A DNA stretch of 64,000 nucleotides. It comes from Bacteroidales bacterium (GTDB lineage Bacteria > Bacteroidota > Bacteroidia > Bacteroidales > WCHB1-69). The translations under genes were made by a program, and so were the position numbers. The stretch is taken from contig JAFZZT010000036.1 of assembly GCA_017615595.1 (NCBI GenBank), forward strand, positions 39,035 through 103,034, given 5' to 3'. Shown here piece after piece: positions 9,536 to 19,952 of the stretch; within the stretch, counting starts at the first letter, position 1, and every line of letters begins with the position of its first letter. The notes under the pieces were generated by a model. It saw only the letters and a list, made by a program, of their open reading frames with translations, ran no database searches and had not been told where the DNA came from.

Positions 9536-11089
9536 TTATTTCGGCAACAGCTTAACGAACGGGATCATCATCTCTTCCATCGAGATGCCGCCATGTTGGA
9601 ACGTGTTCTTATAGAGGTTGACGTATTGGTTGAAATTATTCTGATAAGCGAAGAAGTCACTGCGGGTGGCGAAGATGAATCGCTGCGTGACATTGGTCTT
9701 GGGCAGGAAAGCCTCGTCTGGATTCTTGATCTCGAAGACATCCTTGGAGGGATAATCCATGTTGCTGCGTCCCACCTTGTAACGCAAGTTGGTGTTGAGG
9801 TCGCGCTCGCCCACCATCTTGATGGCGCGGTTCACCTTGATAGTGCCATGATCCGTGGTGATGAAGATCTTGGCCTTTTTCTCATAGAGATACTTGATCA
9901 TATCAAGCAGGATGGAGTTGGAGAACCAGGAAGCCGTGACGCTGCGGTAAGACTTCTCATCATCGGCCAGCTCGCGCACCACGTTCACGTCCGTGCCCGC
10001 ATGGGAGAGCATATCCACAAAGTTGAAAACAATGACATTCAGCGGGTTTTTCAGCAGGTTGTGGAAGTTGTCGAACACCTTCTTGCCGAAATCGGCATTC
10101 AGAATCTTGGCGTAGGAGTACTTCACATTCTTGCCGAAGCGTTTCAGGTACTCGCCCAGCAGCTCCTCCTCAAACTGGTTCTTACTGCCGTTGTCCTGTT
10201 CATTGAGCCATAACTCGGGATATTTCTTGGCGATGACAGAGGGCATCAAGCCGGAGAAGAGCGCATTGCGCGCATAGTGCGTGGCAGTGGGCAAGATGCT
10301 GTAACAGATGGACTCATCCTCAATGTAGTAATAGTCGTGCACCAACGGATAGATACTGCGCCATTGGTCATAGCGAAGGTTGTCGATGACGAAGAGGAAG
10401 CAAGGGGTGTCATCGCTCAGTTCCGGGAAGAGCTTCTCCTTCAGCACGGTATGCGACTGCAACGGCTTCTCGCTGCCGCGTCCGTTCACCCAGTTCAGGT
10501 AGTTGGCCTGCACAAACTTGGCAAACTGAATGTTCGCCTCCTCTTTTTGGTCGGCCAACATCTCCGACACGCTGTCATCCTCAATTTTCTCAATCTGCAA
10601 CTCCCAGTCCACCAAATCTTTATAGAGGTTCTCCCACTCAGAAACCGACAGATGGTCGGACATCCGTATGGAGAGTTCCCGGAAGGCCTGCTGATAGTCC
10701 ACGGTGACCTTGGTGGTCATCAGGTTCTTCTTGTCGATGTTTTTCTTCAAACACAAGAGAATCTGGTTTGGATTGACCGGTTTGATCAGATAGTCGGCGA
10801 TGTCGCCACCGATGGCATCTTCCATGATATGCTCTTCCTCGCTCTTGGTAATCATCACGATGGGGATGTGAGGATACTGCTTTTTGAGTCGCTGGAGAGT
10901 TTCCAGACCGCTCAGGCCCGGCATATTCTCATCCAGAAAGATGATATTGACAAACTCTTTCTTCAAAATCTCCAGGGCTTCCATGCCGCTGAGTGCAGGA
11001 ATCACGTCATAACCCTTGGCTTTCAAAAACATAATATGCGGCTTGAGCAATTCAATCTCGTCATCCGCCCACAAAATCTTTACATTCAT
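9536..11089 (-). CDS. porX: response regulator with PglZ (alkaline-phosphatase superfamily) output domain, PorX-like T9SS regulator
   Basis: N-terminal CheY receiver (ILWADDE...DENMPG...KP) followed by a roughly 380-aa PglZ-type domain. The 517-aa size matches P. gingivalis PorX. Confidence 0.75.
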   Translation of the reverse strand: MNVKILWADDEIELLKPHIMFLKAKGYDVIPALSGMEALEILKKEFVNIIFLDENMPGLSGLETLQRLKKQYPHIPIVMITKSEEEHIMEDAIGGDIADYLIKPVNPNQILLCLKKNIDKKNLMTTKVTVDYQQAFRELSIRMSDHLSVSEWENLYKDLVDWELQIEKIEDDSVSEMLADQKEEANIQFAKFVQANYLNWVNGRGSEKPLQSHTVLKEKLFPELSDDTPCFLFVIDNLRYDQWRSIYPLVHDYYYIEDESICYSILPTATHYARNALFSGLMPSVIAKKYPELWLNEQDNGSKNQFEEELLGEYLKRFGKNVKYSYAKILNADFGKKVFDNFHNLLKNPLNVIVFNFVDMLSHAGTDVNVVRELADDEKSYRSVTASWFSNSILLDMIKYLYEKKAKIFITTDHGTIKVNRAIKMVGERDLNTNLRYKVGRSNMDYPSKDVFEIKNPDEAFLPKTNVTQRFIFATRSDFFAYQNNFNQYVNLYKNTFQHGGISMEEMMIPFVKLLPK

Positions 11090-11260
11090 ATCTTGATATT
11101 CTTATTTAACAAAAAGTGTAACGATGAAAAGTTTGGAAATATTTTGTGCAAGTGCTTTAATCGTGATTTTTTTTAGAAAAAAAAGAAATTATCGCAACCA
11201 GATGGGATATTAGGATGAAAAGTGTACTTTTGCAGCCATTCCCATTGATTGTAGAAAAGT

Positions 11261-11812
11261 ATGAAAAAGATTCTGATCCTCATTCTATGTTGTCTATCAC
11301 TGTCGGATTGTTTTGGACAGGCCAAGCCGATGCGTTTTATGGGCATCGGGATGAACAGCACGCTATCCACTTTTGTCTCCAAACTGAAAGGCAAAGGATT
11401 TGTAGAGGATGTAAACCACAACAAGCCCAACATGGTCGTCATGAAGGGCGTTTTTGCCGGTGAACGCGTAAAGCTCGAGGTCCGCTCCGCCGCCAAGACG
11501 CACCTGGTCTATAGCGTGAACGTCTTCTTCAACATGAGCACGCAGTTCACCTACGAAGACTTGCAACAACGGCTAACAGACAAATACGGGGAAGCGGCTT
11601 TTGAGTTGAACAAAATCAAAGACGAGCCTGTCTTTGTCAAATACACGACCGACTACACGCAATGGAACATGGACACGGACACGACCACGAATGCTTTCAA
11701 CGCCATCATCCTGTCCAAATGCAGTTATCACAGCACCTCTCCTCTCATCATCACCTATCTGGATGGCAAAAACTCCAAGGTGGAAGCCTTAGAGGTGAAC
11801 TCCGACTTTTAG
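11261..11812 (+). CDS. hypothetical secreted protein
   Basis: Signal peptide MKKILILILCCLSLSDCFGQ. A TACTTTTG -7 box lies just upstream (about 11228-11235). No recognised domain. Confidence 0.5.
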   Translation: MKKILILILCCLSLSDCFGQAKPMRFMGIGMNSTLSTFVSKLKGKGFVEDVNHNKPNMVVMKGVFAGERVKLEVRSAAKTHLVYSVNVFFNMSTQFTYEDLQQRLTDKYGEAAFELNKIKDEPVFVKYTTDYTQWNMDTDTTTNAFNAIILSKCSYHSTSPLIITYLDGKNSKVEALEVNSDF

Positions 11813-11853
11813 GTCACGCCACGACTGCCCTCGTGGCACTATTGCGACTCTTT

Positions 11854-12303
11854 CTACTTGCTTTTGATGGTAATGCTATAGCCGTAACTATTCGAAGAGG
11901 ATGGTGAAGGCGCCTTCTTTTCTTTCTTGGCCGGTGATTGTATCGAATAGGTAATGGTCTTCTGGACCGGTTGGGGTGCCAGATGGAAGTTGATGTTCAG
12001 CTTGGTGTTCACTTTGAGGCGGACTCCACGGTTGCGTGCCTTGTCATAGCGCAGCATACGCACGATGCGCAATGCCTCCTCGTCACAGGAAGGGGAGAGG
12101 CTCTTGACCACGGTCGGGTTCTCCACAAAGCCATCGTCATTCACCTGATAGGCGATGGTCACGACACCTTCGACACGCTGATCCATGGCATCCTGCGGGT
12201 ATTGCAGATGGGCCGACACGAACTCGCGCAGTGCCTTTGCGCCGCCGGGATACAGCGGCTTCTCCAAAAAGTTCGGTTTCTTTTTCTTCTTTTCTTCCTT
12301 CAT
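11854..12303 (-). CDS. TonB C-terminal-domain (energy transducer TonB family) protein
   Basis: PLYPGGAKALREFVSAHLQYPQDAMDQRVEGVVTIAYQVNDDGFV matches the TonB_C fold signature. Lys-rich N-terminus. Confidence 0.65.
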   Translation of the reverse strand: MKEEKKKKKPNFLEKPLYPGGAKALREFVSAHLQYPQDAMDQRVEGVVTIAYQVNDDGFVENPTVVKSLSPSCDEEALRIVRMLRYDKARNRGVRLKVNTKLNINFHLAPQPVQKTITYSIQSPAKKEKKAPSPSSSNSYGYSITIKSK

Positions 12304-12346
12304 GACAGAACAAAAAAAGACAATTCCGAAGAATTGTCTGACTGAG

Positions 12347-12418
<72 letters not shown>

Positions 12419-12431
12419 ATATTTGGGACTG

Positions 12432-12439
12432 CAAAAATA
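12432..12439 (-). promoter_or_regulatory. -7 promoter box (TATTTTTG on minus strand) for tRNA-Met
   Basis: The complement of caaaaata matches TAnnTTTG about 14 nt upstream of the tRNA 5' end. Confidence 0.5.
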
Positions 12440-12449
12440 CATATTTTTT

Positions 12450-12478
12450 GAAAAATGACAACTATTCTGTCATTTTTA
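12450..12478 (-). terminator. bidirectional intrinsic terminator hairpin
   Basis: AAAAATGACA-actattc-TGTCATTTTT: a 6-7 bp stem flanked by A-run and T-run, directly downstream of the lipoprotein gene stop at 12504. Confidence 0.55.
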
Positions 12479-12503
12479 TCACAATCATCCAAAAATCAGC
12501 ATC

Positions 12504-13595
12504 TTAACGCCGTTTCTCCAAAGGAAACAACGGGCTGTTTCGGTAATAACCGAAGTGCAAATGGTGCAATCTGGGACTCAAAACCAGCGTATCTTCATTA
12601 TGTGCCAGGTTGTCCATCATCAAATCGGTATGGGTAGAGGTCCTGGATGCCAACAAGCCATAGGCGTTTTCATTATCAGAGATAAAATTGGTGTATTCCA
12701 GGCGATTGTCCACGATACTGCTGCTAGGTGTAGAGACTTCTTGATAATTCATAAAGTCAGCCGAGGCAGCCCATATCGTCAAGCGAAAACATTTATAGGG
12801 TTGACCGTCAATGGCATCAATATAGCGGGTCACATTCGGGTTCTCTTCTATATACTGAGGAAGATAGTTAAAGAACTCGGAGGGTGAGAAAGACGAATAG
12901 GTTATCTCGCCGGTAGCGGAAGGAGTGCGTATCACATCCGAGTTCAACCGTTTGGTAAAGGTCTTGTGCTCAATAGCCCCCGTAGTATTATTAACTTCTA
13001 TATAGGCAAATGTCAGCAAGATGTCATACGCTGCAGCATTCTGAGCCTGGTAGAATTGAAGGGCGTATGGCGTCTCCAGGTTCATGTTCCAGGAGTTGAT
13101 GGGACGCCGAACGGAGAAACGGCCCACGATCGGGGTTTCGGCATACACCTCCTCGCCGGTGTTGCGGTGGCGTATCACGAGCCGGTAGGAATTGTTTGCA
13201 TCAAGCACCCAATTGGAGTAATAGAGCAGCTGCTTGGGATTAGCAAACCAGCCTTCCTCTTTGGGCACCGCAGTCGTGGTGTCCAGCACTTGAGAGCGCA
13301 GCAGCACATGTCCGGCATTATACTCTTCCAATCTGACCTCGATGGAGTCGATGGGATAATAGATGTTCTCCCAATCCCCTGCTTGCACATAGGCATTCTC
13401 GTCTGTCAGGAAGCCTTTGTAGATCTTGAAATAGTGGAGAGAGTCATTGCGGTCCAACATGGCATAGGAGAAGGAGATGTCCTTATAGTCTGCGCTAAGA
13501 TCTATTTCCTGATGGCAGCTGGTGCAAAGGAGCAGCAGCGGCAACAGGCAGATCGGCAAGAATCGTTTGAGGTATGCGGTTATCATATTCATCAT
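12504..13595 (-). CDS. hypothetical lipoprotein
   Basis: Signal peptide plus lipobox (LLLLCTSC). Its start is coupled to the upstream OM-barrel gene, sharing nucleotide 13595. No family recognised with confidence. Confidence 0.55.
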   Translation of the reverse strand: MMNMITAYLKRFLPICLLPLLLLCTSCHQEIDLSADYKDISFSYAMLDRNDSLHYFKIYKGFLTDENAYVQAGDWENIYYPIDSIEVRLEEYNAGHVLLRSQVLDTTTAVPKEEGWFANPKQLLYYSNWVLDANNSYRLVIRHRNTGEEVYAETPIVGRFSVRRPINSWNMNLETPYALQFYQAQNAAAYDILLTFAYIEVNNTTGAIEHKTFTKRLNSDVIRTPSATGEITYSSFSPSEFFNYLPQYIEENPNVTRYIDAIDGQPYKCFRLTIWAASADFMNYQEVSTPSSSIVDNRLEYTNFISDNENAYGLLASRTSTHTDLMMDNLAHNEDTLVLSPRLHHLHFGYYRNSPLFPLEKRR

Positions 13596-14410
13596 TAATA
13601 TTCAGGTATTGATTTTATCCATTTTGTACCCATCCGGTTGCCACGGCGGTTCACCTTCGTATTGAGTTCATACTTCTCGTTGAAGAAATAGGTGAGCCGT
13701 ATGGAGAAGAGATGGTTGTGCATGTTGATGATCTCATCCCTGTTCAGGTTGAAAGTGCCGTCGGCCTCTCTTTTTCCTGTCATATAGTGCATCTTCCGGA
13801 TGGGGACCATCGAGTACTCCCAGCGCACGTTGAGGGTGAGGTTCTTATAGAGGCGGGCCTCCAAATCCACGATGGCGGACCAATCGCTGGTGCGATAGGT
13901 GCCGGATCTCAGGTTCGTGGTGCGGGTAAAGCCATTGTAGATCTCCTTGGCGCGGACCAGGCGGCCCCAGGCAAAACCGGCGCCGAACTTGAATCCGGAC
14001 TGCATATCCTCATAATGGACAAGGAGGGGAAGCTGGACATAATCCAGCCAGATATGGCATTTGATATTGGAGTCGTAGGGGACAGCCCTGTTGACATCCA
14101 GAAACATATCGGGGTGGTGGTATATGGTGTCAAAGTAACCGGCGGGACAATGTTTGCGAGAGCCCTTCTGGTTATACAGCAGTTCCGCACTGATTGTCCA
14201 CTTGTGGTCACGGGTCAGGGGCAACGCCACGCCCAGTCCGCCATTGAAGCCTGCCTTGTAAAAGCCGTGTACATCATCGCCCTCGATCTGGGCAAGATTC
14301 ACGCCGGCGGTGGCGAAGCCGATGAAGCGCTGCGCCTCCACCCTGCCGGACAACAAAAGCAGCACGGCGAGTGTCAGAATATGAATGACATATTTTTTCA
14401 TAATAATCAA
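13595..14410 (-). CDS. outer-membrane beta-barrel protein (OMP_b-brl_2 / PorT-like family)
   Basis: Signal peptide ending VEAQ, then FIGFATAGVNLAQIEGDD...AELLYNQKGS, typical of PorT-like small barrels. C-terminal aromatic residue. Confidence 0.65.
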   Translation of the reverse strand: MIIMKKYVIHILTLAVLLLLSGRVEAQRFIGFATAGVNLAQIEGDDVHGFYKAGFNGGLGVALPLTRDHKWTISAELLYNQKGSRKHCPAGYFDTIYHHPDMFLDVNRAVPYDSNIKCHIWLDYVQLPLLVHYEDMQSGFKFGAGFAWGRLVRAKEIYNGFTRTTNLRSGTYRTSDWSAIVDLEARLYKNLTLNVRWEYSMVPIRKMHYMTGKREADGTFNLNRDEIINMHNHLFSIRLTYFFNEKYELNTKVNRRGNRMGTKWIKSIPEY

Positions 14411-14418
14411 AAAGTCGG

Positions 14419-14426
14419 CAAAGATA
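14419..14426 (-). promoter_or_regulatory. -7 promoter box (TATCTTTG) for the barrel/lipoprotein operon
   Basis: The complement of caaagata matches TAnnTTTG and sits just upstream of the start at 14410. Confidence 0.45.
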
Positions 14427-14427
14427 C

Positions 14428-14460
14428 AAAAAAAGCGGTCAACCAGTGACCGCTTTTTTT
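14428..14460 (-). terminator. intrinsic terminator downstream of rpsA
   Basis: GCGGTCA-accag-TGACCGC: a 7-bp stem flanked by A7 and T7 runs, 18 nt after the rpsA stop. Confidence 0.65.
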
Positions 14461-14477
14461 CATCTTTCAGAAAGAGA

Positions 14478-16460
14478 CTATTTGCCTTCTTTCTCCAAGT
14501 CTTCCTTCAAGGATTGAAGCACGTCGAGGTCACCCAGAGTGGCTTTCTCAACGGCGTTTTCATTAGCCTTGTTGAATTCCTTGATTTGTTTTCTCTCCTC
14601 TTCGGCCTTCATTCTCTCGTCATCTTCCTTGTTCATTTGCCAAGTCTTGGTGTGAGAGAGATGAATCTTCTTGGTCTCTTTGGAGAAATCGACCACCATG
14701 AAATCGAGCACGTCGCCTTCTTTCACCTGGCTCTTGTCTTCTTTGGCAAGATTACGGTTGAAAGCAAAGCCTTCGATACCTTCGGCGAGGGTCACGGTAG
14801 CGCCCTTGTCGTTGATGGAAGCGATAGTGCCTTGGTGAACGGTACCCACAGCGTAGGTGGACTCGTAAGCATCCCAAGGATTCTCCTCAAGTTGTTTGTG
14901 GCCTAAGCTGAGACGTCTTGCGGCGGTGTCAACTTCGAGCACCACGACCTCGATAGGTTCGCCGATCTTGGTGAACTCTGCCGGGTGTTTGATTTTCTTG
15001 GACCAGGAGAGGTCGGAGATGTGGATCAGACCGTCAACACCCTCTTCCAGCTCAACGAAGATACCGAAAGTGGTGAAGTTGCGGACCGTGGCGGTATGTC
15101 TGGAACCGACCGGGTATTTGGTCAGGATGTCTGCCCAAGGATCCGGGATCAGTTGCTTGATACCGAGAGACATCTTGCGTTCCTCTCTGTCGAGGGTCAG
15201 GATGACAGCCTCCACCTCTTGGCCTTCCTTCAGGAAGTCCTTAGCGGTGCGCAGGTGCTGAGACCAGGACATTTCGGAAACGTGGATCAAACCTTCCACG
15301 CCAGGGATAATCTCGATGAAAGCGCCGTAGTCAGCGATGACGACCACTTTGCCTTTCACCTTATCACCAACCTTCAGGTTAGGATCGAGGTTGTCCCACG
15401 GATGAGGAGTGAGTTGTTTCAGACCCAATGCGATACGATGTTTGGTCTCGTCGAAGTCGAGGATAACGACGTTGATCTTCTGGTCGAGTTGGACAACCGT
15501 CTCGGGATTGGTCACGCGGCCCCAAGAGAGGTCGGTAATGTGAATCAAGCCGTCCACGCCGCCGAGGTCGATGAAGACACCGTAAGGAACGATGTTCTTG
15601 ACCACACCTTCGAGGATCTGACCCTTTTCGAGCTTGCTGAAGATCTCAGCCTGTTGGGCTTCGATTTCAGCCTCGATGAGAGCCTTGTGGGAGACCACCA
15701 CATTCTTGTACTCGTGGTTGATCTTGACCACCTTGAACTCCATGGTCTTGTTGACAAATGCGTCATAATCGTGAATAGGTTTGACATCGATCTGGGAACC
15801 GGGCAAGAAAGCCTCGATACCGAAGATGTCCACGATAAGACCGCCTTTGGTTTTGCCCTTGACATAGCCAGTGATGATCTCCTGGTTGTCGTAAGCCTCG
15901 TTGACACGTTGCCAAGATTTGAGGATGAGGGCGCGCTTGTGGGAGAGCTGAAGCTGACCGTTGGCATCTTCCTGGCTTTCCACATAGACTTCGATCTCGT
16001 CACCAATCTTCAGATCCGGGTTGTAACGGAGCTCGGAAGCATTGATAACGCCATCGGATTTGAAGCCAATGTTGACGACCACCTCGCGGCTGTTGATAGC
16101 CACCACCTTGCCCATGATGACGGCATTCTCGTCCACGGACTTGAAGGATTTGGTGTAGAGGTCTTCGAGTTTGGCCTTCTCTTCGCTTGAATAATGATCG
16201 TGTTTATCATCAACATTATCCCAATCGAAGTTTTCAATAGAGGCATAGACGTTTTCAATCTCTTTCATCTTGCGAGGTCTGGGAGCGGGTTCCTCTGCGG
16301 GAGCCTCAGCCACTTCAGCGACAGCTTCTTCTACGACCTCGGCAACCGGTTCTGCAGCTTCTTGAGCCACTTCAGCCACTTGCTCTACAGTCTCTTCAGC
16401 CTTAGCTTCGATCTCTTCAGGAATGTTATTGATTTCTTCTGACATAATATTTTTGTTCAT
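14478..16460 (-). CDS. rpsA: 30S ribosomal protein S1 with acidic N-terminal extension
   Basis: Six S1/OB repeats, for example GKVVAINSREVVVNIGFKSDG, GVVKNIVPYGVFIDLGGVDGLIH and ATVRNFTTFGIFVELEEGVDGLIH. The first 60-70 aa or so are an Ala/Glu/Val-rich low-complexity extension. Confidence 0.92.
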   Translation of the reverse strand: MNKNIMSEEINNIPEEIEAKAEETVEQVAEVAQEAAEPVAEVVEEAVAEVAEAPAEEPAPRPRKMKEIENVYASIENFDWDNVDDKHDHYSSEEKAKLEDLYTKSFKSVDENAVIMGKVVAINSREVVVNIGFKSDGVINASELRYNPDLKIGDEIEVYVESQEDANGQLQLSHKRALILKSWQRVNEAYDNQEIITGYVKGKTKGGLIVDIFGIEAFLPGSQIDVKPIHDYDAFVNKTMEFKVVKINHEYKNVVVSHKALIEAEIEAQQAEIFSKLEKGQILEGVVKNIVPYGVFIDLGGVDGLIHITDLSWGRVTNPETVVQLDQKINVVILDFDETKHRIALGLKQLTPHPWDNLDPNLKVGDKVKGKVVVIADYGAFIEIIPGVEGLIHVSEMSWSQHLRTAKDFLKEGQEVEAVILTLDREERKMSLGIKQLIPDPWADILTKYPVGSRHTATVRNFTTFGIFVELEEGVDGLIHISDLSWSKKIKHPAEFTKIGEPIEVVVLEVDTAARRLSLGHKQLEENPWDAYESTYAVGTVHQGTIASINDKGATVTLAEGIEGFAFNRNLAKEDKSQVKEGDVLDFMVVDFSKETKKIHLSHTKTWQMNKEDDERMKAEEERKQIKEFNKANENAVEKATLGDLDVLQSLKEDLEKEGK

Positions 16461-16550
16461 TTAACCCTGAACATAGGTTTTTTTAATGATTAAACAATGA
16501 GGTTAATTACTTAAAAATCAATCCAAAGAGCCTCTTTTGAATTGAGGGCG

Positions 16551-16558
16551 CAAAGATA
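16551..16558 (-). promoter_or_regulatory. -7 promoter box (TATCTTTG) for rpsA
   Basis: The complement of caaagata implies a roughly 85-95 nt leader. Confidence 0.45.
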
Positions 16559-16713
16559 GGATTTTTTTGGATATAAAACACAGAGGAAGAAGGAAATATT
16601 TTCCATCGTTATTCTCTAAAACAAACACAGGGCAAAATAGACGAAACCCTTTGCTATGGACAACAACAATCTCGCCGAAAAAAGAATGCTTCTCTTATCG
16701 GACAAGACCACTT

Positions 16714-17337
16714 TTAATACTTGATACTCAAGCGGGCACCGGCGAAGTGGTAAAGCACCTTCTTGACACTATTGGTGGTATAGGCGGAATTGTCGGGTTC
16801 ACCATCCACCGGAATGGTATAACGGATGTCGCTATACTGGGCTTTATAGCAGGCGGCGATCTGCATGACCACATGGTCGCGGATCTTGATGCGGATACCC
16901 AGACCCGACTCGCCAGTCGGTCCGGCGCTCGTGCCATGCACCACGCGATCCATCACCTCCGGCTTGGAGCTGACATACCACTTGAAAGCATATCCACCAT
17001 TGAGATAGAAGATAGGGGCGATGCGCGTCTCCATCATATTGACATTGAGGCTGAGGCAGATCGGGATAAAGGCGGTGTGGCGCCAGAAGTCGAACCCTGC
17101 CGTCAGACCCATAAAGAAATAGTTGTTGAACTGATACCCCAGAAACTGGTTGACAGACACATTGAAGTTCTTGTTGTTGACGGTCTTGGTTTCCAGCTCT
17201 ATCTTGCCCAAACCGGTTGCATAGCCCACGGAGGTCATATAGACGAAGCCGCGTTCCTTTTTATAGTATGCGCTTTGGGCGGAGGCGCCGATGGCGATCA
17301 TGGCAATGCAGAGTATCGATAACAGGATCTTTTTCAT
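16714..17337 (-). CDS. small outer-membrane beta-barrel protein (hypothetical)
   Basis: Signal peptide (IAMIAIGASAQS), alternating strand pattern, and a C-terminal ...RLSIKY aromatic end. Confidence 0.5.
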   Translation of the reverse strand: MKKILLSILCIAMIAIGASAQSAYYKKERGFVYMTSVGYATGLGKIELETKTVNNKNFNVSVNQFLGYQFNNYFFMGLTAGFDFWRHTAFIPICLSLNVNMMETRIAPIFYLNGGYAFKWYVSSKPEVMDRVVHGTSAGPTGESGLGIRIKIRDHVVMQIAACYKAQYSDIRYTIPVDGEPDNSAYTTNSVKKVLYHFAGARLSIKY

Positions 17338-17342
17338 TGTAT

Positions 17343-19019
17343 TCAGGATTTAGATTTTTTCAAGGATTGCAGCAGCTCTCGGGCGGTGACGAGGGCTGAC
17401 TGAGACATCTGTTCGCCGCTGAGTATCACGGCGATCTCTTGCTCCCGCATCTCTTCGTTGAGCGGCTGGATTTGGGTTTCTGTATCATCGCCCCGGGTCT
17501 CTTTGAAGACCTTGAGGTGCTGGTCGCCGGCAGCGGCGATTTGAGGCAGGTGGGTGATGGCTATCACCTGATGCCTGCGGGCGAGCTCCGCCATGACGGT
17601 GGCGACTTTCAGCGCGGTGGTCCCGGAGATGCCCGTGTCGATTTCATCAAAGATGATGGTCGGCAGCAACACCGAGTCGGTGATGATGGACTTCAGGGAG
17701 AGCATCAGCCGCGACATCTCACCGCCAGAGGCCACCTTGGACATGTCGGTCATCGGGACACCCTTGTTGGCGGAGAAGAGGAAGACCACCTGGTCGATGC
17801 CTTCGGCGGTCGGCGCTTCCGTCTGCGTCAGCTGTATCTCGAAGGAGCTGTTCGGCATCCCCAGCGTGGCGAGACGACCCAGCATCTCTTGTTGCAACGT
17901 GGGAACTACCTTGGCCCTAGTCTCCGAGAGTTGGCGCGCCTGAGCCATCAGCTGGGCGTAGAGCTTGTCGCGTTGCGCCTCCAGCTGTTTCAGGAGTTCG
18001 CGATGGTCGCCATACTCGGCCAACTCCGCCTCCAGACTCTCCTTGAGCGCCAGCAGCCCGGCCACATTCTCCACTTGGTACTTATGCTGTAACGTGTTGA
18101 GCAGATCCAAACGCTCATTCAAGCGCTCCAGTTCCTGCGGGTTGACCTCCACCCCACTCTCCTTGAGGCTGATGTCGTAGGCGATATCCTCCAGTTCCAG
18201 ACAAGCGGCGCGCAGTCGTTGTTGCAGTTCCTGGTAGGCCGGACCGATATCGGAAAGGGCATCGAGCTCTGCCTGCACGGACTTGAGCTGTTGCACGACC
18301 GCACCCTCCTCATTTTCAGAGAGGGTATAAGCGGCGCGATAGAGACGGGCCTTGATATCCTCCGCATTGCTCAGGACGCGCACAGACTGTTCAATCTCCT
18401 CCTGCTCGTCAGGATGGAGACCTGCCTTGTCCAGCTCTTGCACCGTATATTGGCGAAACTCCTGCTGGAGGGCCTGTTCCGTGCACTGGCGCTGGAGGTC
18501 GCGCCACTTCTGGTCGGTCTGTCGCCACGAGGCCAGGGTCTGCTTGTACTCAGCACGCAGCGTGGCATTTTGCGCATACTGGTCCAGCATGGCCAGGCGG
18601 AACATCGGATCTCCCAATAGCAATGACTGATGTTGGGAGTGGATATCTATCAACTTGGAAGACAACTCCTTCAGCACATTCAGGTTGACGGGAGTATCAT
18701 TGATAAAAGCCCGCGAGCGACTATGCTCGTTGATTTCCCTTCGGATAGTAGTCACCTCTTGATAGTCCAGGTCTTGTTCCTCAAAGAAAGGCTGAAGGTC
18801 AAGATGGTGTATGTCGAACTGTGCCTCCACGACACATTTCTTCTGCTTGTCATAGAGGACATCCGTGTCGGCGCGGTTGCCCAACAGGAGACCCAAAGCG
18901 CCCATCAGAATGGACTTGCCGGCACCCGTCTCCCCCGTGATGACCGTCAGGCCATCTTCAAAGGAGATGTCGAGAGCACGAATGAGCGCATAATTGGATA
19001 TCTGGAGTGTCCTCAGCAT
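17343..19019 (-). CDS. recN: DNA repair protein RecN
   Basis: Walker A GETGAGKSI, a long coiled-coil middle, a C-terminal SGGE signature and Walker B IFDEID. 558 aa. Confidence 0.92.
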   Translation of the reverse strand: MLRTLQISNYALIRALDISFEDGLTVITGETGAGKSILMGALGLLLGNRADTDVLYDKQKKCVVEAQFDIHHLDLQPFFEEQDLDYQEVTTIRREINEHSRSRAFINDTPVNLNVLKELSSKLIDIHSQHQSLLLGDPMFRLAMLDQYAQNATLRAEYKQTLASWRQTDQKWRDLQRQCTEQALQQEFRQYTVQELDKAGLHPDEQEEIEQSVRVLSNAEDIKARLYRAAYTLSENEEGAVVQQLKSVQAELDALSDIGPAYQELQQRLRAACLELEDIAYDISLKESGVEVNPQELERLNERLDLLNTLQHKYQVENVAGLLALKESLEAELAEYGDHRELLKQLEAQRDKLYAQLMAQARQLSETRAKVVPTLQQEMLGRLATLGMPNSSFEIQLTQTEAPTAEGIDQVVFLFSANKGVPMTDMSKVASGGEMSRLMLSLKSIITDSVLLPTIIFDEIDTGISGTTALKVATVMAELARRHQVIAITHLPQIAAAGDQHLKVFKETRGDDTETQIQPLNEEMREQEIAVILSGEQMSQSALVTARELLQSLKKSKS

Positions 19020-19025
19020 GGTCTG

Positions 19026-19943
19026 TCACTTTGAGGACGAAGAATTGATGGCGTCGTAGCGGGAAGAGTTGGAGGGATCTATCTGTTTCATGATGTTCAC
19101 CACCTGAGTCTTTTCGCTGGGCAGACCATCTTTAAAAATATTGACAATTTCATCCCCTTTGGCAGCACAGATAATCTTGATTATAGCCAGGCCGGACTTC
19201 TGGGCATTCACCTGTTGCAGCAGGCGTAGGCTCTCCATGATGACGGCACGGCCGGCGTCCGGCGACTCGCTCATCACATCCAGACCCAGTCGATGATATT
19301 GATAATAGAAATCGTGAATCTTGCTATAGGTGCTGTTGGTCAGGTTCTCCATGATCCAATAGCGGTTGCTCTGGCCGCTCTCGCCCACATTCCAACCATG
19401 TTCCGGGGAAGACTGGCAGAGATTGACAATCGACTGACATTTGTTGAGATAGGGAGCGCCTCCATTCAGGGAGAAGGAGTCGAACTCGACCGCAAGGAAC
19501 AGATTCAGGTAATAGGCTATCAGCGAGGTGAGCTGGTTCAGGTTCAAATTGTCGGAATACTCCAACGGGTCGCCATCTACATAGGTGAACTGTATTTTCT
19601 TGTCCTGGAAGTTGAGCAGCGTAGTCTTGTAATTCGTCTTATAGACAGGACGTTGCAGCACGACTGTCATGGTTCCCTTCATCACGTCACCCGACACCTC
19701 CGTCAAGTTGATCTGGAGGGCGCACTCGATACGCTCGTTGGTTTTGAGATTGTATTGGCACCATTTGCGTTCCTGGATGAAGGAGTAGAGTTTCTGTTGG
19801 AGGTCGCGGTAGCGCTGTTGGTTCGTGCTGCTGCTGATCTGGTTGGCGTTCACAGAGACAGAGCACTGGAAATCCTGCGCGGCCGCCGTCAGAGTGCCGG
19901 CGAGCAGGAGGATGAGCACCATAACGTTTTTCATTTTCATCAT
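19026..19943 (-). CDS. DUF4835-family protein (annotated in some genomes as T9SS protein PorD)
   Basis: Signal peptide. It occupies the conserved position between coaBC and recN seen in Bacteroidales. The family name is recalled from synteny and size, not verified. Confidence 0.55.
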   Translation of the reverse strand: MMKMKNVMVLILLLAGTLTAAAQDFQCSVSVNANQISSSTNQQRYRDLQQKLYSFIQERKWCQYNLKTNERIECALQINLTEVSGDVMKGTMTVVLQRPVYKTNYKTTLLNFQDKKIQFTYVDGDPLEYSDNLNLNQLTSLIAYYLNLFLAVEFDSFSLNGGAPYLNKCQSIVNLCQSSPEHGWNVGESGQSNRYWIMENLTNSTYSKIHDFYYQYHRLGLDVMSESPDAGRAVIMESLRLLQQVNAQKSGLAIIKIICAAKGDEIVNIFKDGLPSEKTQVVNIMKQIDPSNSSRYDAINSSSSK

Positions 19944-19952
19944 ATCGGCTTG

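Noticed and set aside
11173-11496. 107-aa minus-strand ORF in the PorX / 11261 intergenic region.
   Set aside because: It ends in a poly-Phe run derived from an A/T homopolymer region. It overlaps the start of the better-supported plus-strand secreted-protein gene and its promoter, so it is likely spurious.
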